Assembly: GCA_977017575.1 (NCBI GenBank)
Contig: CDRNVI010000044.1
Location: 558,001-622,000, forward strand
Direction: 5' to 3'
Length of the DNA stretch: 64,000 nucleotides
DNA from: Paramoeba atlantica
Lineage: Eukaryota; Protista; Discosea
Each line of letters starts with the position of its first letter. The first letter of the stretch is position 1. Positions 42,179 through 52,674 of the stretch are shown piece by piece. The position numbers and the translations under genes are program-made. The notes below the pieces were generated by a model. It did not search any database. It was not told the origin of the DNA and saw nothing but the letters and a program-made list of their open reading frames with translations.

Positions 42179-43435
42179 CTATACTTTGTCTTGCAGCACA
42201 CAAAGTACTCTCGCGAAACAGCGCACCAATCTTTCTTGAACAACGAACAACAACGCTGTGGATAACACGCTTTGCAACACTTTACTTTTCAATCCTCTGT
42301 AAAGACCACAAAAACCTTCTGTGGAGAGTACGTTTCGTAGATACTCCATCATTTTCAAGGCTTCGGAATAAGGTCCAGAGAGGCCCGCATTTCCTAATGG
42401 TTCTTGTTTTGCAAGGCCGCGTGTTATAGGCATTTTCGACGCATTTTCAGTTTGCAAATACGTCCTACACATAATGTATGGATATGTAACAACTGTTGCT
42501 ACCAGCTTTCCTAAAGCGCTGCATAAGAATATTTGCCTCGAGGATAACCGCCTAGGGGCTGAAGATTGTCCACCCATGTAATGAAGGATGAACTTTTTCA
42601 GTGCTTCGTATATGGAATATGAGATGATAGGATTCGTTACCAATACGTAGGAGGGAAATATCCCTTTAAGCAGAGCCCCAAGGCCCTCGTTTCGCAAAAT
42701 ATCAAAGACAAGCTTTATGTTACTCCGCCTATTTGGAGCGAGAATCTTTCGCGTATTCACTACCCAAAAGGGATTCGTTATTGTGGCGCTCGATAATCCG
42801 GCGATAGCAGCGGAAAAAACATCCTGTAGCGTTGTCAGAGATTTTCCGTAATGTTCTCCAAATAGGCGACGCACGAATATGTACGCGTAATAGTAGGAAA
42901 ATTGAATCACTACTTGACCATAAAGGGCTGAAGAGATGCCTGCGTATAAAGACTTCACTTCATGAAGAAGAAGTATTAGTCGTTCTCTTACAGTCGTCAT
43001 GAAGGCGTAGCGACGTAATAGCAACACAATTTTATGTAGGATTGATCGACGCCTCTCATTTCCTGGTATGAGCGAATTTTTCACTACTCGTGTTTGTCGT
43101 TTTTCGCTCCTGAAACACAAATTTACCTTGTCTGTTCTTTCTTGCTTTGTACTATCATTAGCAAAATCAGTGACTGGCGTCTTTAATGAAGAGGCAGCTT
43201 CCTCTGCGGTAGACTTCGCTTGCCGTCTTGTCGAAATCGTACCGAGGGGGTAACAGAGAATGAGAGACACGCATCCAGCCAGGGCACCCGCAACTGCGCT
43301 GCTTGCCGGGTCGTTCTCGTCATGTGCGTTGTCAGGCATAGAGGCCGAAGAAGAATCAGCGCTTGAAGGACTTGAAGGAGTTAAGGTTATAGCGTCACTT
43401 CGGGTTTCACTTGACTTCAGGATGGAGCTTGTCAT
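42179..43435 (-). CDS. Mitochondrial-carrier-family protein, PMP34/SLC25A17 (peroxisomal) type
   Basis: Three carrier repeats (YPL.T..TR, TNPFWVVNTR, TYPYIM.R). LVTNPII.Y..YE.LK and KVLQSVL..ALLF are typical of PMP34/PXN. Confidence 0.8.
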   Translation of the reverse strand: MTSSILKSSETRSDAITLTPSSPSSADSSSASMPDNAHDENDPASSAVAGALAGCVSLILCYPLGTISTRRQAKSTAEEAASSLKTPVTDFANDSTKQERTDKVNLCFRSEKRQTRVVKNSLIPGNERRRSILHKIVLLLRRYAFMTTVRERLILLLHEVKSLYAGISSALYGQVVIQFSYYYAYIFVRRLFGEHYGKSLTTLQDVFSAAIAGLSSATITNPFWVVNTRKILAPNRRSNIKLVFDILRNEGLGALLKGIFPSYVLVTNPIISYSIYEALKKFILHYMGGQSSAPRRLSSRQIFLCSALGKLVATVVTYPYIMCRTYLQTENASKMPITRGLAKQEPLGNAGLSGPYSEALKMMEYLRNVLSTEGFCGLYRGLKSKVLQSVLSTALLFVVQERLVRCFARVLCVLQDKV

Positions 43436-43586
43436 TTGATGTGAGAGTAAGATTATCGTTTAATGAGCGTGATAAATTTGAAATATCGTTTTCGAAGTCT
43501 TTTCGAAGTCTTTTTCCAACATTTCGAAAAATAGTTTAAATGTGCAGGCGTTTTTTTGAGATATTTGTATTCTTAAAGCTCTTCTT

Positions 43587-44540
43587 TCATATACGAGTGG
43601 GCGGACAGAGAGCATAGCGCGCAGTTTGGCCGTGGGTTGAGTCTTTGTGCGGCATCAACCATTGCCGAAAATCAGCGTTGTGTTTATGATAGAGCTTTAC
43701 ATCATAGCAAGGATTAAGTATTTTATCTTTCCCCAAAGCTTTAATGAGCTCAAATAAAACAATATTTTCTGCTTGGTATCTATTTTGCTGGTGCTGAACT
43801 TGGGTGCAAAATGATTCAAAATTAGAAGACTCTGTATCTTGTTCACACGAATCAGGCATAACAGAATGCTTTGCCCTTGATTTCCGCTTTGTCGCTGCGG
43901 TAAATGTATAGCGAGGCACGAAAACGAATCCATCATGTGAACCTCGGTAGTCTTCTATCAAGGGTGACGTGCCATCAGATTCCCAGCGAGTAAGAGCTAG
44001 TAGACCTCCGTTATCCAAGAACATTCTAGTAGCATCATTAAGGCCACGAAAAGAATTATTCAAATAGATATCCGAGTTGCACAAAAGGTTTGCGTGAAGA
44101 CCCTGAGGGGAGGATGAATCCAAAGCATTACTACGTCCTACATTATTTGCGTAACGAAACAGATCGGAATACAATGGCTGTCTTCGAGTCTCCCCACGTG
44201 AGGCCGTTCCCGAAGCCTCAAATAACTGGACATTCAGCTTACTTAACGCCCGTAACTTGAGGTAATGATCCCAACTTTGCAAAAGGTGCATCGACTCATG
44301 ATCTTGTACGAGAAGGTTTACGCAACGCACAAAGGGATGTGATGCATTCTGTGCGATACACCAGAAATATTCTTGTTGTCGATCCATCATTATGTCGGAT
44401 TCAGTAGCGTGACTTACACGATGAGAGCCGAAACATTCTGAGAGCTGGACTGCGTTTTTCAGCTTGGATACTTTGAAAAAAGAAGTTGTGACGTCTATTA
44501 TGGGCTGTAAGCGCCCCAGTTGGAGTAAGCAGGAGCGCAT
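43587..44540 (-). CDS. Putative GT-A-like glycosyltransferase
   Basis: LCNSDIY, LALTRWE, SHDGFVF, EN..LFEL, NPC..+..H.H pattern. Confidence 0.5.
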   Translation of the reverse strand: MRSCLLQLGRLQPIIDVTTSFFKVSKLKNAVQLSECFGSHRVSHATESDIMMDRQQEYFWCIAQNASHPFVRCVNLLVQDHESMHLLQSWDHYLKLRALSKLNVQLFEASGTASRGETRRQPLYSDLFRYANNVGRSNALDSSSPQGLHANLLCNSDIYLNNSFRGLNDATRMFLDNGGLLALTRWESDGTSPLIEDYRGSHDGFVFVPRYTFTAATKRKSRAKHSVMPDSCEQDTESSNFESFCTQVQHQQNRYQAENIVLFELIKALGKDKILNPCYDVKLYHKHNADFRQWLMPHKDSTHGQTARYALCPPTRI

Positions 44541-44739
44541 CACATTAAGATGGATACATTTGTTTACTGCTATACGGTCGAGAAAAAAAAACTGTGCTTC
44601 GTTTGTCTTTAGTTAGGCTTAAATTCTTTACTTTTTCCTCTGCCACACTTTCTAAAAAACTAACCAAGTGCATTACTCAAGATCAATATGCTGCAAATGA
44701 AGTGCAGTGGTCGGGGTCACAAAAGAGGATAAAAGAAGA

Positions 44740-46752
44740 CTATTTTCCTATTCTTGAGCCTGATACCTCGTATGCCACTTGCAGCATCAAGCATACGTTC
44801 TTTTGAATAGAAGAAAATGCCCATTGCGCAATGCGGAGATGAGTGTATACAACAGATGTGTCCTTCGAACGGCACCGTTTCATAGAATTGGACTTTTTAT
44901 TATGGCATTGAGAAACAAGGCTTTCGCCAGAAATATGGTTCTTGGAATCCTTGCTTCGGTACAAGAGCATGTCTTGTAGACTGCAATACGACTTCGCACT
45001 GTCCATATTTCTATCTTCTGTATTCAAATGTGCTGGTGCTGCATGCATTTCTTTCTGTAGATCCTTAGTTGTAGAAGCTTCGTAAGCATCCCCAATCATT
45101 GTGTTTGACTCCAGATTACTTGCGCATATTGCTGCCAATGTTTGAAGGCCATCGCATGTGCAGCAACGACACCCCAAAGAGCACCATATTTCGGCATCCG
45201 AAATTGTAACAAGTGATTTCTTTGCTTTCCGTGTAGTATTATTGTATTGTGCGTTTAGGGATTTTTCTTTCAGATATGAGCCGCGACAAGTCTCTTTTAG
45301 ACTTCCTTCTATATTTCTGCATCGGCACCATTTTTGCATAATCTTTCTGGAGGCCTGTATAATCAATGAACGATCACTTTCGTTTAGAACACAAGAAGCA
45401 GGTTGGGATTGCAGCTCAAAATATTTCGAAGCGAGGAGGGCAGAAAGCGCAAGGTTCGATGCGGGAAGCATTATGGCTCGAATCGGATATTGTATCATGA
45501 AGTTGTATAAAACAGCATGAGTATCGCCTCGTGCCATTTGGTTACTAACAATAGAATCTTGCAATCCCACCATAAACTCTAATAGGCACGAGAAGATTTC
45601 GGAGCACGTTACTGAACGGAATGAGATAGGAGCATGACAAAGGTACAAATGCGAAAAATCGAACGAAGTTTGACTTAGTGCGCTACTTACCTCTTCGTCA
45701 ACGCACACGTTTTCGAGATAGCCGAGCTCAGAAAAGTACTCTGCTTGACCACCGCCGCATAACGCAGCAATCTTTACACATTTATCTTCTATGATTTGCT
45801 CAACCCGTTTCAAAGACACTTCGTACGTGTCATGTGAGTCAGGATGCGAAAATTCAAAGTGCGTGTTATCCCATGTGTGGAACATTGTAGCGTATCTTTG
45901 CATGCGAACGAATACGGAGGGTGTAAGACACTGTAAAAAATTAGAAATGATGGGATGAACAGGACCTACCATGACGAAAGATAAATCACTGTTTTTGAAA
46001 AGAGACTGTTCGAAAGACCAAATACTTGGTGCAAACAGAGCCGCGAATAAATCAGTTCTGCGCAACACCCTTTCTACTGCATGCAAAATGTCCCGAACGG
46101 GGTTAGAAGAGAAAAGATTGCGTGCAGTGGAAGTCGTAAGAACGCACAGCGCAGCGAGTAACACATGAAGGCACCAACTGTGAATTTTGGAACAGGATCG
46201 AAGAGTGTCTTGTAAAGGACAATGACTTGAGTCATTTAGACGTACGTTAAAGCCATCAGAATTAAAAATATAGCTTGTGACTTCAAAGAAATCAGTGTCC
46301 TTTGAATAACAAGGCTCATTCTCCATGGTAACTTCGGTCACATTGGTGTTGTCCAGGGTCTCGCCAGTGGGTAGATTATTCCCTTTTCTTGCTGTCCGCT
46401 TGACATTCTTTTGTCTCCGATTGCTCATGGAAGCAATTTTGGACGCCATTTTGATCGCATCACACAATGAAGGGCATAAAATAGGAGGGATCGAACCATC
46501 GCTTCCGCATTTCGGTTCGTGATTCTTGTGCCCTGTACTAGAAGAGTAAAGAAACGGCGTTAAATAGTCGTACAAGGCCGCAATGATACGTGTAATTCCT
46601 GACATATCATATCTCCTATATTCTATTTTGAAAAAGAGTTCATCAGTCGTAGAAGTTTCAACGTGTACAAGATTTTGCAAATTGGTGCGTAGTAGTCGTA
46701 CCGAAAGCGGAAGACTCTTTTCTACGCTCTCTGAGTCTGTTTCGCGAAACAT
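44740..46752 (-). CDS. Hypothetical protein, 670 aa
   Basis: Long ATG ORF on the cluster strand. Cys cluster CSLGCRCCTC; family not recognised. Confidence 0.75.
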   Translation of the reverse strand: MFRETDSESVEKSLPLSVRLLRTNLQNLVHVETSTTDELFFKIEYRRYDMSGITRIIAALYDYLTPFLYSSSTGHKNHEPKCGSDGSIPPILCPSLCDAIKMASKIASMSNRRQKNVKRTARKGNNLPTGETLDNTNVTEVTMENEPCYSKDTDFFEVTSYIFNSDGFNVRLNDSSHCPLQDTLRSCSKIHSWCLHVLLAALCVLTTSTARNLFSSNPVRDILHAVERVLRRTDLFAALFAPSIWSFEQSLFKNSDLSFVMVGPVHPIISNFLQCLTPSVFVRMQRYATMFHTWDNTHFEFSHPDSHDTYEVSLKRVEQIIEDKCVKIAALCGGGQAEYFSELGYLENVCVDEEVSSALSQTSFDFSHLYLCHAPISFRSVTCSEIFSCLLEFMVGLQDSIVSNQMARGDTHAVLYNFMIQYPIRAIMLPASNLALSALLASKYFELQSQPASCVLNESDRSLIIQASRKIMQKWCRCRNIEGSLKETCRGSYLKEKSLNAQYNNTTRKAKKSLVTISDAEIWCSLGCRCCTCDGLQTLAAICASNLESNTMIGDAYEASTTKDLQKEMHAAPAHLNTEDRNMDSAKSYCSLQDMLLYRSKDSKNHISGESLVSQCHNKKSNSMKRCRSKDTSVVYTHLRIAQWAFSSIQKNVCLMLQVAYEVSGSRIGK

Positions 46753-47059
46753 GAAATTAACTGTCCGACTTGTGCAAATTTTATGTAGGGCGTGTTATCT
46801 GAAAGCAGACGTACATCAAATCCCGCGCTGACCACCGACCATAACCAATAATAAAAAGAGATTATGGTATTTTATGCATACGTTCAAAAATGATTTGTTC
46901 TGGCTGCACACGAACAAATTGTATTATTAAAATCCTCTACAGAGAATAGGTTAGGTTGTATTCGTATTCAACGAATCACGTAGAATATAGAATTCAAACA
47001 GCACATCATCCCCCCGAGATCTCAACTCCAGCTAAATGACAGTGTTACGCATGAAAATA

Positions 47060-48208
47060 CTATTCCTCGGCTGCGTCTGATGATGCATCATCACCGAGTG
47101 AAGCTTGTGGATCTTGTGATGCTTTATTTTCGATTAAAATCTCAACGTTCGTGAATACTAGATACATCAAACTAAGTCCAAGTGTCGCAAGCGCCACTGT
47201 CCATCGACCTGAAGGATCAAAGGGGTCCAATTTCGGAAAAGTGTATATTTTCGGATGCCTCGGACGGGTAGCTGTAATTTGCTTTTCACTTCTATGCTTC
47301 AGCAGATCCTGAAGATGGGTGTGACAACCTAGTCGTTTCTGTAACACATCCCTCAATGTGTCATAATACAAACACAGGACATCTCTTTCATTCATGTGTG
47401 CCGTTGGATCACATGAGTGCTCCCAGGGGGTATGTATGACAACAGTAAGTAGTCCGCATAAAATAGCATCTACATACGACAGATCAAACACATCAGGAAC
47501 GCGAGATCTAGATACGGGCGCTTCCAACATGGAGCGTTCCGCGGAACGTTCTATTTCCCGTATTCTGCCCGGAACCGTTTCACGCAAATCATGTAACGCG
47601 GTGACCAATACTTCAATATCTGATTTTCCATTTTTATCTTGTGCAGCACTGAGGTTTTCTTTTCTTTGTGTTGAATAAAACCTCAAAGCACGACGCCAGA
47701 GCGGAACACAACGCATAGCGACGCGATGCGTCACGGCCTTGTAATTCGGAGGGGCGTATAAAACATTTGTCAGCGAGTGAACCAGTCGATATTGAATCCA
47801 GTGTGTTAAAATGTCATCGGCTACCTCTTTTCGAGGACAAAGCTCTAAATCGCATGCTGCGTTCGTTTCGTTTTCCATGTAGGATGGGTCGTGTACGGTG
47901 AGCCAACGAAGCAGTGAGCTGAGACCTTGCAGAGTCGTTTGATCGGGTAACACAATCCGTGGAAGAGACAGTGTATGATACTTTACATGTAAGATATCAA
48001 AGTCGTATGATCGTTTTGCCGTTTCAGGAGTCGCAGAGACCAAGTTAAGCTCCAATAGGCCTTGTAGAATTTCAATGGCGACATGGGATCGGGTGTAGAG
48101 CCAGTGTTTCAGGAGGTAATAGGCGGCGGAACCCTCGGGAGAGATGGAGGGGTAGAGTGTGTGCTGGATCCCAGGTAAGGTGTACAGTGTTACGTTGAAT
48201 GGTTGCAT
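47060..48208 (-). CDS. Metaxin-like (SAM35/37, GST-fold) protein with C-terminal TM helix
   Basis: LYTLPG..PSISPE..A..LL, LP..+....L.GLSSLL.WL, VDAILCGLL, C-terminal hydrophobic helix. Likely ATG MQPF at 48208. Confidence 0.6.
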   Translation of the reverse strand: MQPFNVTLYTLPGIQHTLYPSISPEGSAAYYLLKHWLYTRSHVAIEILQGLLELNLVSATPETAKRSYDFDILHVKYHTLSLPRIVLPDQTTLQGLSSLLRWLTVHDPSYMENETNAACDLELCPRKEVADDILTHWIQYRLVHSLTNVLYAPPNYKAVTHRVAMRCVPLWRRALRFYSTQRKENLSAAQDKNGKSDIEVLVTALHDLRETVPGRIREIERSAERSMLEAPVSRSRVPDVFDLSYVDAILCGLLTVVIHTPWEHSCDPTAHMNERDVLCLYYDTLRDVLQKRLGCHTHLQDLLKHRSEKQITATRPRHPKIYTFPKLDPFDPSGRWTVALATLGLSLMYLVFTNVEILIENKASQDPQASLGDDASSDAAEE

Positions 48209-48456
48209 AAAGAAAACAGCAGTCAAAAGAATGCTAAAAGAGAAAAAGGCGGTTGAGAGAAAATGTATAAAAAATCGCACTATTCGTATAATCGGAGTAT
48301 AAGCTTCAATAATTACTAAACGAGAGAATTCATAATTCTTACGGAAAAAATTGGCTACCAAAAATAAGAAAAATGAAACGCAGACACTTAAACTTGGGCT
48401 CATTATTTCCCCAATTTCACCTTATTCTACTTTGTAGGTCCCCTTTTTCTCGTCCG

Positions 48457-50700
48457 TCACTTTTTCAAAAAATACGTATGCGTCAACTGTTCCCTCCGTA
48501 TCGTAATCGGCCTGACCTCCCGTTCCACCTGCTCCAGTGGCACCACCACGGGCGTGGCACACGGCGCAGGCACGGCGTACGGCAGCCGTACACTCCCATG
48601 CACCACAAACGACCCCGTCTCCACCGGTCGCATCACGGCCACCGTCCCGGGCAGCGTGGGGTGCTGCCCAACCTCAGGGCGTAGTACCCCGATGTGGAGT
48701 AACACCCCGAGTCGGGATTCCGTTCTCCCATCCGGGGAACTCCTGTTTAATGCATGAGCAATACTACTACCACTTTGTTGTTCTTGTTGTGGTTGTTGAA
48801 AGTACAACAACCTACCGGGGGTTACCCCATAGTGTTCAACGGTGTATTCCGCACTCTCCACCGTCTCATAGTAGACCGGGTTAAGGAAAGGAATTTGTTG
48901 TTGTTGAATTTGTTGTTGTTGAATTTGTTGCTGTTGAATTTGTAATTGCTGTTGCTGCTGCGGTAGTAAGCCATAGGTTGGGGGGTAGATCCCGTGGATA
49001 TTCCCTGGAGGCCAGGGGTAGTGCGCAGTGGAGGGGTTAGAGGGGTAGTAGGGGTAGGGAGGAGAAGGGTGGGAGGCATGAGGGGAGGGGTAGAGAGGGG
49101 GGATGGACCATGGGGGTAAGGTCGGGGCGGGGTCGGGGCGGTCGGTTCCGGAGGGAGGGGGGTTGTCCTGTGGGGGGATGGCGGTGGGGGGGTGGATGGT
49201 GGCGGTGGGGTGGGGTTGTTGAAGTCGTAGTGGAGAGGTTACGGCGTGGCGAAGTTTTTTAAGGTCCGCGGATTCGGGTTTTCGGTGTTTGTCGGAGGAG
49301 GAAGAGGAGGGCTTGGGGACAGCGCCGGGCCATGCAAAGGTGTGTTCGTTTGTTTCGGGTTTGAGTTTGCGTTTTCGTGTAGAGGAATCGACGGAATCGG
49401 CCGGAAGGAGTTCACGGGTAGGGGTGTGAGATCGGTGACGTGTCTTTCCGGAGCTCCTACTATGAGGGGTTTGAGGTGTGTGGTGGGATGCTTTTCTGTT
49501 TTTCCTAGTAGACGACCCCTTGACTTTGGGGGTCTCAGCAACACTGCTCGTTAAAGACACATGTTTTTCTTTCTTCCCTTCCGGCACCTTCGGGTAACTA
49601 GATTTGTGACTTGTGGGTTGTTTGGGTAGCGTCTTCGAATGAGTGCTTGCCTCCTTCATATTAGTAGGCTTGCTGTGCTTTTCAGAGTGTTGAGGTGTAT
49701 CGACGGATGGGGTACCATAGGTTTCATTCTTCAGTACCTTGGCTGTTGGCACACTCCCCGCAGGCTTTATACTGCTACAAGGCAACCAGTCCGTGCTACC
49801 ATCCTCATACTCCACATGTGCGACCCCATCATCAATAGACTTCACCACCAGTTTATAAAATCGCCTCAAATGTGCGTGGCATCCGCATAACTCTACCCCA
49901 ATGGGGGGAGGATTTTTTCGCCCGTAGACGACGGTATCCTTAGTCGTTGTCTTCACACCGGCCGTGGCCTTCGCCGCTTCGGCAGTAGATTCAGAGTTGT
50001 CTTCCGAACGATTATTGGCATTTGAAATAGCATCACTTTTTCGCTGGGAACTCTTAGTGTTCGAAGAACTTTTAATGTCTGCCTCCTCAAGTGGACGAAT
50101 ATTTCCCAGTGATATCGGAACTTTACTATTAGGGTTGGTATCATCCCAGACAATGTAGGCATGAGAATCACCATGGAGGTACTCAGTGATAGTGGCCGGA
50201 TACCACACGCCATTAACATGTCGTGCTTGTACCCTCCCTCGGGCCTTAGGGTATTCGTTTAATGCAGCATAGGATGGTCTTTTACTACTGGATCTGGCCA
50301 CGCTCGTTTTCTTCTCTGTTGATTGGCTTTCTGATTTTTTAGAGCCGCTGGTCTTGGATTGTAACTTCAGCGACGGTGTCTCATTTCCGGGTGTGCCCGA
50401 ATTTTGCTTTGAAAAAGCCAAGTCACTGGGAACTGCCATAGGACTTTCCGGGGGAGTACCGCCGTACAACTCGTGTGTCATAATTTTCCAGTCGGTCAGT
50501 CGACTATCGACATACAAATCTTGCTTAGCCGCTGGTTTGTCTGCGGCGGGATACTGTGTTTCCGGAATATACGTGGAGCCATCATCATCGGATAACATAC
50601 TGGAAAGAGGCGATGGCGTATGTTTTCGTGCTGTAACACTGTGAATACCGGCATATTTTTCTTGTCCATCGGACACAGACACCCCGTGACCGTAGTTCAT
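48457..50700 (-). CDS. Tudor/Agenet-like domain protein with Pro-rich and polyQ regions
   Basis: VQARHVNGVWYPATI..AYIVWDD and VAHVEYEDGSTDWL. Confidence 0.65.
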   Translation of the reverse strand: MNYGHGVSVSDGQEKYAGIHSVTARKHTPSPLSSMLSDDDGSTYIPETQYPAADKPAAKQDLYVDSRLTDWKIMTHELYGGTPPESPMAVPSDLAFSKQNSGTPGNETPSLKLQSKTSGSKKSESQSTEKKTSVARSSSKRPSYAALNEYPKARGRVQARHVNGVWYPATITEYLHGDSHAYIVWDDTNPNSKVPISLGNIRPLEEADIKSSSNTKSSQRKSDAISNANNRSEDNSESTAEAAKATAGVKTTTKDTVVYGRKNPPPIGVELCGCHAHLRRFYKLVVKSIDDGVAHVEYEDGSTDWLPCSSIKPAGSVPTAKVLKNETYGTPSVDTPQHSEKHSKPTNMKEASTHSKTLPKQPTSHKSSYPKVPEGKKEKHVSLTSSVAETPKVKGSSTRKNRKASHHTPQTPHSRSSGKTRHRSHTPTRELLPADSVDSSTRKRKLKPETNEHTFAWPGAVPKPSSSSSDKHRKPESADLKKLRHAVTSPLRLQQPHPTATIHPPTAIPPQDNPPPSGTDRPDPAPTLPPWSIPPLYPSPHASHPSPPYPYYPSNPSTAHYPWPPGNIHGIYPPTYGLLPQQQQQLQIQQQQIQQQQIQQQQIPFLNPVYYETVESAEYTVEHYGVTPGRLLYFQQPQQEQQSGSSIAHALNRSSPDGRTESRLGVLLHIGVLRPEVGQHPTLPGTVAVMRPVETGSFVVHGSVRLPYAVPAPCATPVVVPLEQVEREVRPITIRREQLTHTYFLKK

Positions 50701-50999
50701 GAAGTCTTTAAGCACAAATAAGCGTTATTTCTAGGCGAATAAACGAAGATGCACCTGCATGACTACTATTACATCAACAAACATTTGTAGCAGCGAAAAA
50801 TCCTTACCTGTCAAAACTATTTTCAGCCACCTATTGCACATATTTTTTTCTCCCGTTGCCAATATTCTGACAATACCCGTCCATTTCGGTAATGGTTATA
50901 CAAAAGCGACATGGTGACTCAAAACTGAAGTCCAAGTCTCCACATCCACTCTTTTATGCCATATACACGCACCCCTCTACACAGTTCCCTACACCCTCT

Positions 51000-52229
51000 T
51001 CACCCCGCCTTCTTATACTCCTTCCAAATATTCGCCACAAACTTCTCTGCCGCGATTCGCAAATAATTCACCGTATGACGTCGCGTGCTATGCGAGAAAC
51101 TCGCCACGCTATCCGGACACGCCTCCGTATCCTGCATCCATTGCGTCAGTGCCCCCTTCGCCAGCGCCGCCACCGCCTCCGCCGGACTCTCAAACGGCCC
51201 CCCCTGCGCCTCACACACCGCGGCCCAGGTCGCGGGACCCACCCTCCCCCGCAGCGCGTCCAGCGCCCCGTGCTCCCCCGCGGACAGCACCGCCGCACTC
51301 CGCACCACCGTCTCCCCGTTCCGCCGCATCTGCTCCCCCCGGGCCTCCTCCACCCCCATCCCCTTCCTCACCTCCGCGCCGTGTCGACTCTCCTGGAACC
51401 CTCGCTGCTTCATCTTCACAATCGTCGACTTGACCAGACTCGCGGTGACCCCTCCCCGGGACGCGCGGCGCAGCACAATCCCCTCGGCGTAGTTCCGCGG
51501 GAGCACGAAGGCCCCGAGACCGAGGAGGTGCGGGATGAGGCTCTCGAAGCGGTCGAGGTCAAACGAGAGGCACTGGGCCATGGTCCCGCGGAAGAGGACC
51601 CGGGCGAACAGCAGCGCGGGGACGCTCTCGAAGACCGTGTTGGCTTCGTCCGCGGTGAGGGTGGACCAGGGGGCGTCGGCCCGGGGGCGCAGCGCGAGCT
51701 CGTAGGCGTAGAAGTGGAGGTCGGGGCTGTACTGGGGGACGAAATCGGCCTGGACGGGGGCGATGCGGCGTTGCTGGCCGCGGAACTCGGTGAAGCGCTC
51801 GGCCTGGGAGACCTCGGGGTGGGTGTAGCGCCCGCCGAAGACCTCGCCGTAGAGGATGAAGGACTCCACGGGGCCGTGGTGGGTCTCGAGGGCGGTTTGG
51901 AGGAGCGGGAGTTGTTGGGTAAACTGGGGCACGAGTTTGGTGTAGCCGAAGAAGTACTCGGAGGGGTCGATGAAACCACTGCGCTTGGCGTATTTGATGT
52001 GGGAGGCGCGGCCGAAGGCGTGGATGGAGAAGTTCGCGCCGTGGACTTTTTCCTGGACCACCCACTCGTCGTTGGAGGCGAGGGCGGTGGGGAGGTTGCC
52101 CTCTTTGAGGACGTCGAATTCGGAGAATTTTTCGAATTTGGGGGAGGAGGGGGAGGAGGGGTCGACGCAGTAGGGGAGGAGACGAGAGGGGCGGAGGGCG
52201 AGGCGGCGGGAGAGGGAGCGAAGGAACAT
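51000..52229 (-). CDS. KREL2: Kinetoplastid RNA-editing ligase, closer to REL2
   Basis: EKVHGANF, YAKRSG, E.FFGY, GEVFGGRYTHP, PQYSPDLHFYAY, AEG+V, FQE. Mitochondrial-type presequence MFLRSLSRRLALR from ATG 52229. REL2 versus REL1 judged from remembered motifs. Confidence 0.88.
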   Translation of the reverse strand: MFLRSLSRRLALRPSRLLPYCVDPSSPSSPKFEKFSEFDVLKEGNLPTALASNDEWVVQEKVHGANFSIHAFGRASHIKYAKRSGFIDPSEYFFGYTKLVPQFTQQLPLLQTALETHHGPVESFILYGEVFGGRYTHPEVSQAERFTEFRGQQRRIAPVQADFVPQYSPDLHFYAYELALRPRADAPWSTLTADEANTVFESVPALLFARVLFRGTMAQCLSFDLDRFESLIPHLLGLGAFVLPRNYAEGIVLRRASRGGVTASLVKSTIVKMKQRGFQESRHGAEVRKGMGVEEARGEQMRRNGETVVRSAAVLSAGEHGALDALRGRVGPATWAAVCEAQGGPFESPAEAVAALAKGALTQWMQDTEACPDSVASFSHSTRRHTVNYLRIAAEKFVANIWKEYKKAG

Positions 52230-52674
52230 GGTGGGGGAGATAAAAAGGAAGAAGAGAAGGTAAAATGCTAGGGGGATAAAAGGGAGTGTTCGAAGGATAA
52301 AAATGAGGTAGTAGGTAGGGGGATTTTTAAAGAACCATAGTTTTTTTTTGATATTATCAACGTGTACGATGGTTTTATAAAGCAAAGTGGAAAGAGCTTG
52401 GATCCATCATGTATTACTTTTTCGGAGATGAAGACGCAAAAAATGGCAAAATAGAGACTTGGAGGCATACTGTAAAATTATTCAAGAAATAAAGGGGTGT
52501 CAAAAACATAAACCTGGGGACTGTGCAATAATGTTGAGATCCCATACTCTAATATTGTCACGCCCATACTACCCTACATGCATACATGTAGTATTCGTAT
52601 AAAAACAAAAAGGGGTGTAATGCGTTGTTCAGCTTACCCGCATACAGGCTAGCTTGCACGCCCGGGATTATCCA

